Shown here: positions 12,627 to 22,745 of the stretch, in pieces
Position numbering within the stretch: the stretch's first letter is position 1
Layout: each line of letters opens with the position of its first letter
From: Tubiluchus corallicola
Taxonomy: Eukaryota; Animalia; Priapulida
Direction: 5' to 3'
DNA: 26,414 bases
Assembly (NCBI GenBank): GCA_030141605.1
Contig: JAQGDQ010001762.1
Location: 1-26,414, forward strand
The notes under the pieces: model-generated
What the model was told of the DNA's origin: nothing
The model's input: the letters and a program-made list of their open reading frames with translations, nothing else
Databases searched by the model: none
Position numbers and translations under genes: made by a program

Positions 12627-12667
12627 CAAAAAATAACACTAGCCAAAAGTCAATTTTACATAATTAA

Positions 12668-13165
12668 GAGTTTTACACTGCACTGTCGCATTAATTAATA
12701 CCTAGCTGTTATTTTAAAGTAAATTTTAGATCAATTCCCAAAAACTTTCCATGTAACGTAATATTCATCAGAATTACGTTTACCTGTTTGAGTGCCAACT
12801 GGTAAAACATCGTTTATCACGTGCTATCCCAGTGTGCACCACTGACTCACCAAAAGCACATTTTTGATCTTAATGACAATATAAAGTAATTCATACTTTT
12901 GCTTAGTTCGCGAAGAATGTACTACAAATGCTGTGATTGATTATTTTTTCAAACTTTACTTTACTCGGCGTTATCCAAATTTGTTGCAAATGACTTTCCG
13001 TCAAAATTGCTGAGTGTAACGATCGTCGCGGGAGTTGAAATTTACATGTTTTATACAGCATTACTGTTAATGCAAGCCCTGTGTGCAATAAGGCAGCATG
13101 TGAGTGATTTCAAAGCGAATTTTAAAGACTTATTTATGAATAGTGTTTTCTTGTGATTTAAATGT
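12668..13165 (+). mobile_element. Partial (left-half) copy of family A repeat
   Basis: Aligns by eye with 5133-5600, e.g. ATCCCAGTGTGCACCACTG(A/G)CTCACCAAAA, CGCGGGAGTT(G/T), TGTTTTATACAGC and GCAATAAG(G/A)CAGC, with indels. Confidence 0.8.
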
Positions 13166-13504
13166 GCTAAAAACTCACGTGCACAACACGTGATTTGTTA
13201 CACTCTTTTATTGTTTATAAATTAAATATTAAAATTAATAAAAGGATTTAAAGAAACTTTCTACTGCTGCCACCGTCACTGTCCAACTGTGGCTTGCATT
13301 GTCGCTATTGCTACTGCTGCTGCCACTGGTCTTTTACAACTAGTGCTTGTTTCTTATTGAATGGTATTATTTCAATATGCATATAAACTCGACATTTACA
13401 TTAAAATGAAGGTTAGAAAACACCTCGTAGGGTAAGTGTAAGAAAACAAGAAGGAAATAGAGCAACGTCGGAGAAGGAGGAAAAAAACAGTGAGAAAGAG
13501 GAGA

Positions 13505-13624
13505 AAGTGAGAGAGAGACAGACAGAGAGAGAGAGAGACAGGACAGACAGACAGACAGACAGAGAGAGAGAGAGACAGGACAGAAAGAGACAGACAGAGA
13601 GAGAGAGAGAAACAGAAGAACAGA

Positions 13625-13677
<53 letters not shown>

Positions 13678-13684
13678 GAGAGAG

Positions 13685-13716
<32 letters not shown>

Positions 13717-13756
13717 AGAAAGAGAGCGACGGAAAGAGATGAGAGAAAAAAGAGAG
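13505..13756 (+). repeat. (GA)n/(GACA)n microsatellite
   Basis: Directly visible. Confidence 0.95.
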
Positions 13757-13766
13757 AAAATATTCT

Positions 13767-15459
13767 GATCTCTTGTGCTGTAGCGTGATTCTAAACAGTT
13801 CTGATGTTAAGATTGTTAATAACCAGAAATATTTGTGTCACATCTTGAGCAACACATTGTAAGATGATCTTGATGTTGAGAATATTGGTAAGAATATGGT
13901 TGGTAAGAAGTAAGAAGTAAGAAGATGTTGGTAAGATGGTGGTAAGAATATAAAACATCAATGTGGTTTATTATGTGTGAGAAGTCAAATTATTAGGAGG
14001 TTCAAAAACTGTTCTGTTAATGTTAAGAGAAAACCTTTTTTAGGATTTTGTACACAGTTGCATTGCAATTGTCTCTGGTTTAATCATGATAAAGGAAATA
14101 TTGGTAAGAATTCATGTTACCTATAATAATGCCACTAGAGGACTCTTTAATCTTCCTAGTCACTGTAGTGCAAGTCAAATGTTTGTTGGTTACAATGTGC
14201 CAAGTTTTTCCTGTATACGTCGCAAAGCTGTGTTTAGTCTCAGAAGTAGGCTGTATTTGAGTCAGAATACTGTTATTAATAACTTGCTGTACAATACTGA
14301 TACAATTTTAGATACAATGTACGAAGTTTTTCCTGTATACGTCGCAAAGCTGTGTTTAGTTTCACAAGTAGGCTGTATTGGAGTCAAAATACTGTTATTA
14401 ATAACTTGCTGTACAATACTGATACAATTTTTGGATAGAGTGTACCAAGTTTTTCATGTATACGTAGGAAAGCTGCGTTTAATCTCAGAAGTAGGCTGTA
14501 TTTGTGTCAGAATACTGTTATTAATAACTTGCTGTACAATACTGATACAATTTTTAGATACAATGTACCAAGTTTTTCCTGTATACGTAGGAAAGCTGTG
14601 TTTAGTCTCAGAAGTAGGTCAGTCAGAATACTGTTATTAATAACTTGCTGTACAATACTGATACAATTTTAGATACCATGTACGAAGTTTTTCCTGTATA
14701 CGTAGGAAAGCTGCGTTTAGTTTCACAAGTAGGCTGTATTGGAGTCATAATACTGTTATTAATAACTTGCTGTACAATACTGATACAATTTTTGGATAGA
14801 GTGTACCAAGTTTTTCATGTATACGTAGGAAAGCTGCGTTTAGTCTCAGAAGTAGGCTGTATTTGTGTCAGAATACTGTTATTAATAACTTGCTGTACAA
14901 TACTGATACAATTTTTAGATAGAGTGTACCAAGTTTTTCATGCATACGTAGCAAAGCTATGTTTAATCTCAGAAGTAGGCTGTATTTGTGTCAGAATACT
15001 GTTATTAATAACTTGCTGTACAATACTGATACAATTTTTAGATAGAGTGTACCAAGTTTTTCATGTATACGTAGGAAAGCTGCGTTTAATCTCAGAAGTA
15101 GGCTGTATTTGTGTCAGAATACTGTTATTAATAACTTGCTGTACAATACTGATACAATTTTTAGATAGAGTGTACCAAGTTTTTCATGTATACGTAGGAA
15201 AGCTGCGTTTAGTTTCAGAACTAGGCTGTTTTTCAATCAGAATACTGTTATTAATAACTTACTGTACAATACTGATACAAATTTTTAAATCAAACATTTT
15301 TAAGTCGCGGCAAAGAATTTAATTTACCCATTCTAACTAACCCTTTCTTGTATATAAGCTTACTACGTTTCTGTTAACTAACTCTGTGGTTTTACTTGTG
15401 CCTATTTTTTTCTTTTTCTATGCAATGTAAATGTCTGAAATAAAATAAATAATAATCAA
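13767..15459 (+). mobile_element. Degenerate 5'-truncated LINE (RTEX-like) with internal tandem amplification and 10-bp TSD
   Basis: Broken translation NQKYLCHILSNTL*DDLDV...RRFKNCSVNVK...IHVTYNNATRGLFNLPSHCSASQMFVGYNVPSFSCIRRKAVFSL is homologous to the RT C-terminus at 25830-26200. 3' end TCTGAAATAAAATAAATAATAATC (AATAAA 15439-15444). AAAATATTCT at 13757-13766 and 15460-15469. Confidence 0.85.
14190..15285. repeat. 123-bp minisatellite, 9 copies, derived from LINE ORF2 C-terminal coding sequence
   Basis: TGTATACGT-type anchor at 14212, 14334, 14457, 14580, 14695, 14818, 14941, 15064 and 15187 (periods 122, 123, 123, 115, 123, 123, 123, 123). The first unit reads in the LINE frame as VPSFSCIRRKAVFSLRSRLYLSQNTVINNLLYNTDT. 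Confidence 0.95.
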
Positions 15460-15898
15460 AAAATATTCTACAATAACTTTTTAAGACTAATGGTGAAGTG
15501 ATCTGTATATAGTAAGAACGTAGTAAAAAGTACCTAGATTTCGATCCTGCTACACCTGTCTATATTACTAGTCCCTGTGTGATGAATGAAAGATTCTGGA
15601 GATATTGTAAAAAAATCAATAATTGAAATGCTTTACTGCATTTTAATCTCAAATAAAAATTTGTTTGTAGCGCAATGGATAAGGTACGGAATGGAGAAAA
15701 AAGTACGACTTTGGCGCTGTTGCTTCTCAATTAAAAAAAGTATGAAAAGGATCCTTGATATGACTCTACAAAACATTGCCTCGTTGTGAACAATTTTTTG
15801 AGTTATTAAACAAGTATATGGTGTTTTTCGTAATGAAATAAAAATATGTAATAATTATATAAAAAATAAAAACGCAAAATCATGAAACGTGTCCTTAC

Positions 15899-16280
15899 CT
15901 GCCTTGGTTTCAACTTCCTTGCCAAACATGCGTACGATCTCCGCGTATAACACGCCAAACGAGAATAATACTCCATGCGCAACTATGCGTACGATGAACA
16001 CGCAACCGCACACTGGCCATCCCCACCCGCCGTCTGGATAAAACTTCCCATACGTTTCCCGATTACAAAGTCCCCCTCCCGCGGGAGCATTCGGGCTCAA
16101 GACGCCACCTTGCGTTACGGTCCGGTAGCACAGATTGTCAGGACCTGCTGTCCCGACGTAGTTGCCAAATGCCGGTTCGCAATTTCCGGTACAAATCGGA
16201 ACTTCCGGTTTAGGCTGACAGTTCTTGTCTGCAATGCGAGTTGATTCCATCGGCTTGATACGCATAAACTCCCATTTCAT
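15899..16280 (-). CDS. First coding exon of an MFS monocarboxylate transporter (SLC16/MCT family; possibly MCT8/MCT10-like)
   Basis: Translation contains the SLC16 N-terminal signature PDGGWGW followed by hydrophobic TM1 (VCGCVFIVRIVAHGVLFSFGVLY). The segment is GC-richer than its flanks. It ends ...ETKA-G|GTAAGG, a canonical phase-1 donor (GT at 15898-15897). The ATG at 16280 is the first in-frame Met; the actual start could be 16265 or 16250. The ORF-track tail GKDTFHDFAFLFFI is intronic read-through. Confidence 0.9.
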
Positions 16281-16438
16281 GACAAGTGACTTTCACGTAA
16301 AAAAATGTTGTCAAAATATCCATTCAGCAAACTGCGGTTTATCAACGAAACTTTTTTAACGTGTGTTTTTTTTGGGTCACCTGTGCACCATGAAAAAATC
16401 CACTATAACCACGTTGTTACGTTGTGTTATCCGTTTAC
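16281..16438 (-). other. Probable 5' UTR portion of the SLC16 exon, with splice acceptor at 16440-16439
   Basis: The minus strand reads TTGTTTTCACTAAAACAAGTTTCTTTACAG|GTAAAC: a branch-like CTAA, a pyrimidine tract and CAG. Confidence 0.6.
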
Positions 16439-16601
16439 CTGTAAAGAAACTTGTTTTAGTGAAAACAATAAACAAGCAAAAGCACAATAGGCTTGATAAC
16501 AGTAAGGATACGGGGAAAAATTATCACGATTGTTTTGGTTTTGCTTTTTGAATGAAAATGCTAGAAAGTTCCTCGTTGAGACATACACAAAGAGATTTGC
16601 T

Positions 16602-17305
<704 letters not shown>

Positions 17306-17507
17306 ATTAATTGACAGACCATTAAAAATTAGTTCAGGTAGCATGTAATTGCCACCAGTGCTGCTTTTGTCCAAAGTCTTATTTCTCAAATGGTTGTCAA
17401 CTTGCCTGTGAAGTTTAAAAGAGACCTGACAACCACAACACGGAATCTGACGATCTCTCCTCAGTCTCCTGAACGATTGTCGAAATTGAGCCAGATTTGA
17501 TGCTTTA

Positions 17508-17642
<135 letters not shown>

Positions 17643-18585
17643 CTATTAAGTGAATTCTAAGGGCCAACAACACGAGAAGAGAAGAAGTGGGCTCTGAGAT
17701 TGGGGCGATATTATTAAAATTAATTAACTTCTTTTTTAAATTAGCAAACACTTTTTAATTCTTATCTTAAGCTGAAACTGACAAAATGATGATTTTGCAC
17801 AAGAAGTGACTGTGTTTTATGTAAAATAAAACAGCTGTTCGGCCATATTAGATTTTACGTGGCGCCTAACTTTGTGCAGTGGTGTTACTTTTGCTCAACA
17901 GAAAGGCTCGTGCGAAAAATTGTTTTTATTTCCTGTCACATGATGTCAGCACCGCTTGTTGCAGACGCCACGAGGAACAACAAGGATGTAAAGCAAGCGT
18001 TTTTGGAAGGAAATGCAATTAAAAATTGCAGTCTGTTTTTAATTGACGTCGGTGTTGTTACACATTGTGGACTATTCTGATTTGTCAGGTAAGTGTGCTA
18101 TAAATAAATTTGCAGGCTAGTTTTGTGAAAACTTTGTATGCAGGATAGCCAAAAGCGTAGGCCCATGATTTGTGCAAAAAATATCAAAATGTCAGTTGTG
18201 TTAACTTACGTTGCTGTGACCAAAATTTCTGTTTTCCCGTTTTCTGTTGAATGACTTACATGCCAAAGATATACTAATTAGTCATAGTTACGGTACGAAT
18301 ATTCGTGTTTATATTTTTTATAATTTAGATTTTAATTTTTAAAGTAGGAGAGATTCGATACATTTTATGAAAATGATCGTAAAATAGGTATAGAAATTGA
18401 CTACACCAATTATGGCTTCGCTACAGTTTCATTGTTTACGCTGGAACTCATTTTGATAATTATTGTGTGGAAAGGTAATAATTAGTAACGATAATGCGGG
18501 TTATCCATTTCAGGGTCAGGTAGGCTGAAAATTATGTAGAGTATAAATTATCATTTCGTATAAATTCTTACTGCTTTGAAGTTAT

Positions 18586-18946
18586 TGTTGTGGAGATCAC
18601 TGGCATCTATTAGAATTAAATAGAACATTGTAGAATGTTCCGTTAGAATAATCGTCTTACCGTCTGGAATGTTCTAGAAAGAAACGTCTAGAATGTTCCC
18701 TGGCGCCCTATATAAGGCGAAGCAGGCCGCTGACAGACACACACAGATTCACACGGACGCCACTTACACATTCTCTTGTATTTTCAGATACACTCAAACG
18801 TTTTCCAGATTTTCACGTTTACTGTAAACATTTCGCGTTCCTTCATACTTTTGTGTTGTAGAATTCTCGCTTAATAAACTAGTTTAATTTGACGAAGTGT
18901 TTTCTGCTTTTCTCTACGAGCCTTCCGAGAGAAACTAAACACAACA
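18586..18946 (+). mobile_element. Solo LTR of an LTR retrotransposon (361 bp) with 5-bp TSD
   Basis: Starts TGTTGTG and ends CACAACA (7-bp perfect inverted termini, TG...CA). Flanked by GTTAT at 18581-18585 and 18947-18951. Internal TATATAA at 18709-18715 and AATAAA at 18873-18878, in U3-R-U5 order. Confidence 0.88.
18622..18715 (+). promoter_or_regulatory. Clustered heat-shock elements plus TATA box within the LTR
   Basis: Alternating nGAAn/nTTCn pentamers: aGAAc aTTGt aGAAt gTTCc (18622-18641), gGAAt gTTCt aGAAa (18666-18680, perfect 3-unit HSE), aGAAa cGTCt aGAAt gTTCc (18680-18699). TATATAAGG starts at 18709. Confidence 0.72.
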
Positions 18947-20232
18947 GTTATTTATATTCGAAATCATGGAAACTAACCCCAATTTTAATAAATATTATTG
19001 CCATCACCCGCTTAAGCAAATACGTGACTTTTATTCAAACAAAATCTAAATAAAAGCAAGTTTTTGACTAAAGCTTTAAAAAATCGTGTTGAAATTTTAC
19101 CACTTACATTCTGCCTTTTTGCGTACAGGACTTGTCGGCAGTAACGCAGTAAAAAACTCGTAAACTCCCGCGATGACCGTTAGACGCAGCCATTTTGAGG
19201 ACAAATCATTTTAAGCAAGTTTAGATAACACTGAGTAAAGTTTGAAAGAACAATCCATGGATTCGTAGCGCGCGCGTCATTAAGTAAATAAAGTTTTAAA
19301 TTACTGTATCTTGTCAATAAGATTAAAAATACGTTTTTTGGTTAGTGGGTGATGCACCCTGGTGGTGAGTTAATGAAAGCATTTTAAATAATCAATAATT
19401 TTTCTTTTCTAGTTGCATAAGTCTCTCAACCAAAGTAATATAACTTTGTGTGGAAAATTTTTTGAGACGTAGTTTAACATTTCCTTTTCTTCCCTGATTT
19501 ACGTTGTGCGTATATGACGTCATGTAATGGCGCACTCGGAACAGTATTGCGGGAGATTTAAAATGAAAATAAACAAAAATCCCTTCAAAGCGAGTACGAT
19601 ATATGCATAAAATTGCTATAAAGTAGTATAATTTTTGAGACGATTTTTCAGAAACCTACTTCAGGTGCCCCTTTTCTTGTCCTTTAACGCACCTTTAATG
19701 AAAATTTCTTTCAAAATCTTGAAATGGCGACTTTTACCCTAAAACCTTGAAATACTGAGCAGTATCTTCAACTATTTTGACGTTTCAATGTCTTCCACAA
19801 TGGCTTCATGGGATTCAGTAGTGTGGTTTTCCATTTTGCTTTATACTGGCATAATGTTTGCTATATATTGTGAACTCTGGGTCGAGTAATTCGAATATTA
19901 TTCGACTGAAATGTCTCGTTAATAGAAATGTGGCAGTTCGTCCCCAGACTGTTTGTTTTATTGGATCCCAGTAATCATTTCAGAGATGACGTGACGCCTG
20001 TGTTTAAAATTGTAAAGGTCATCAGAGCAAATAAACCGCATCGAGAAAAATGATTCATAATAAAGTTTTGCTGAATTTCGTTTTGCGCCACCTGTCTGCT
20101 GGACAGCTTTTGCTTTGGCTGATTAGCAAGCATTCAGCCAATCAACTTGACAACTAACCAACCATGTAACAAATTAACCAGCCAACAAACCAAGTAATCT
20201 ATTTGCCAGGTCATGCTTACTTTCCTACCGGT

Positions 20233-20275
20233 CTACCTACCTACCTACCTACCTACCTACCTACCTACCTACCTA

Positions 20276-20310
<35 letters not shown>

Positions 20311-20598
20311 ACCTACCTACCTACCTACCTACCTACCTACCTACCTACCTACCTGCCTACCTACCTACCTACCTACCTACCTACCTACCTACTTACATTC
20401 CTACCTACCTATCTTACTGTCTACCTATCTATCTACCTACCTACCTACCTACCTACCTACCTACCTACCTACCTACCTACATACATACATGCATACCTAC
20501 CTTTCTACCTACCTACCTACCTACCTACCTACTTACGTTCCTACCTACCTATCTTACTGTCTACCTGTCTACCTACCTACCTACCTACCTACCTACCT
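20233..20598 (+). repeat. (CCTA)n/(CCTG)n microsatellite
   Basis: Directly visible. It includes a duplicated interruption TTCCTACCTACCTATCTTACTGTCTACCT (about 20398 and 20538). Confidence 0.96.
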
Positions 20599-21261
20599 GC
20601 CATCCACTTAAGTTTTCAAGCATACACATCCAACCTTTCAACCCATCAAATGGCTAAGTTACAGCCAGCCAATGAACCAACAAACCAAGCACCTATGCAA
20701 CGAGCGAACTTACGGAAACATGTTCAACGAATGAACAAAATCGAGTGAAGAAATAAGAAATAAACGAAGAAACAAAACGGCGTCCTTCTGCACAAGCGTC
20801 GAAGAGCAGCATTGTTGCTGAGTAGACAAAAAGCACGCCTACAGTTAGATATCAGCATTTTCAAATTGGTTATAACTGGGAGACTGACACAAGCCTTATT
20901 TAAACGATGCATGCAAATTGCAATAACAAAGACGTTTACCAAGTTAACTTCTAAGTATTAATTCGGTAAATGTTCCTACTCCTGTAGTAGCGTGCCTGAA
21001 ATTTGTACACAAAAAGTCTTTTCACAGTTCCAACTATTGACGATGATTGTTAAAAGGTCAAAGGTTAAGTGTACCAGATAACGCATTTGTGTGCACTTGA
21101 CAATATCTCATGCTATTGTAACAGTTCTAACAGCAAGCTAGAACCTTACCTAGTTCATTTTTCTTGTTCCCAAGCAAGATCCTGCTAGTAAATCACTCTA
21201 CGCACGGACTAATCCACGAAGTTACTGAACTGATACGGCAGATGGTTTTGCTTTACACAAA

Positions 21262-21389
21262 CGTCACGTGACGGTTGTAGTTAAGGCACATTTAACCGTT
21301 GAACTACAGCAACCCGGCGCAGGCAGAACGAACCTGTGAAAAGGCTTATTCCTCAAACTGCTGCAGTTCAAAGGCCTGCGCATGCGCAG
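21262..21389. promoter_or_regulatory. Candidate cis-regulatory cluster: palindromic E-box and NRF1-type site
   Basis: CGTCACGTGACG (21262-21273, 12-bp palindrome containing the USF/TFE-type GTCACGTGAC) and CTGCGCATGCGCAG (21376-21389, 14-bp palindrome matching the NRF1/P3A2/Ewg consensus). Confidence 0.4.
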
Positions 21390-21653
21390 TAATAATTATT
21401 CAACCTAATCATAAAATACATGTAAGCTTCTGCACCTGTCAACTTGATCTGTAATCTGCGTTGCAAGTTGACACTAATTAATGCCCGCGAGACATGATTA
21501 GAAAGCTTCCCATTTGAATGTCGCTGTTTCTAATTACAGCGATGCGTCACAAAGTTTCTGCTTTTTTACAAACAAAAAACGACGTCATGTATTATAAACA
21601 CGTCACAGCAATTTATTCAGCATTGAGCGAGTCTTGCTAGTAAAAAATAGGTA

Positions 21654-22082
21654 GATGATGATGATGATGGTGATGATGTGATGACGATGATGATGATGAC
21701 GATGATGATGATCTGATGATGATGACGATGGTGATGATGATCTGATGATGATGATGGTGATCTGATGATGTTGATGATGATGATGATGATGAAGATGATG
21801 GTGATCTGATGATGATGACGATGGTGATGATGTGATGATGATGATGATGACAATGATGAAGATGATAATGATGATGATGATGTGATGATGATAATGATGA
21901 TGAAGTGATGATGATAGTGATGATATTCTGATGATAAAGATGACGATGAATATGATGGTGACAATGATGATGATGATGTGATGATGATGATGATGATGAT
22001 GATGATCTGATGATGATGATGATATTCTGATGATGATGAAGATGACGATGAATATGATGATGACGATGAATATGATGATGAC

Positions 22083-22125
<43 letters not shown>

Positions 22126-22247
22126 TTGAGTCTGATTATGATGGTGACGCCGATGACGACGACGACGATGATGATAATGATGACAATGACGATGACAGTG
22201 AATATGATGATGATGCCGATGACGACGACCACGATGATGATGATGAT
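21654..22247 (+). repeat. Degenerate (GAT)n microsatellite
   Basis: Directly visible. Confidence 0.95.
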
Positions 22248-22360
22248 TAATGTTTTGTTTTAAAGCAAACCATTTTATTATAATGGCTTCTAAGTTGCAG
22301 GCAAGTACACACATATACACACATACACACACACACATTTATCATCGTAATTTTGTCATA

Positions 22361-22745
22361 CTCGGCGAATCCACTAAGACTGGCAATGGCGCCTTTTTGT
22401 TATGCTTGCGTGGCCGACAAACAAGCACGGTACCGTGATAAGCATAATCATTAACTGCAGTGTTCGTCTGTGACGTAGAGCTCATATTCGTGACATCGCA
22501 TCAGCTTGTTATAGCAATCTTCACTTACGCAAATGTGCTCGACACGCAGCGAAGATGCCTGCCATTGCACAAACTTTGGTTAGTTTGTGACGTAAGCGAT
22601 AGCTGCGTTCGGTTGCCGTTAATTAACTTTCCAAGCTAATTATTCAAATATTAGAAACAATTGCTAACTTTTATAGGCAAGAAAATGTATATTTTGGTCG
22701 GTAAATTAAAATGAGATTAAGTCTAAACAATCGTGCGCTCTTCCT
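22361..22745 (+). mobile_element. Partial (right-half) copy of family A repeat including the right terminus
   Basis: Collinear with 5796-6181 (e.g. GCGTGGCCGACAAA, CTGCCATTGCA, GGTTGCCGTTAATTAACTTTC, GTAAATTAAAATGAGATT). Ends GTGCGCTCTTCCT|TCAA. Confidence 0.85.

Noticed and set aside
15975-16244. + strand 89-aa ORF
   Set aside because: Antisense shadow of the SLC16 exon.
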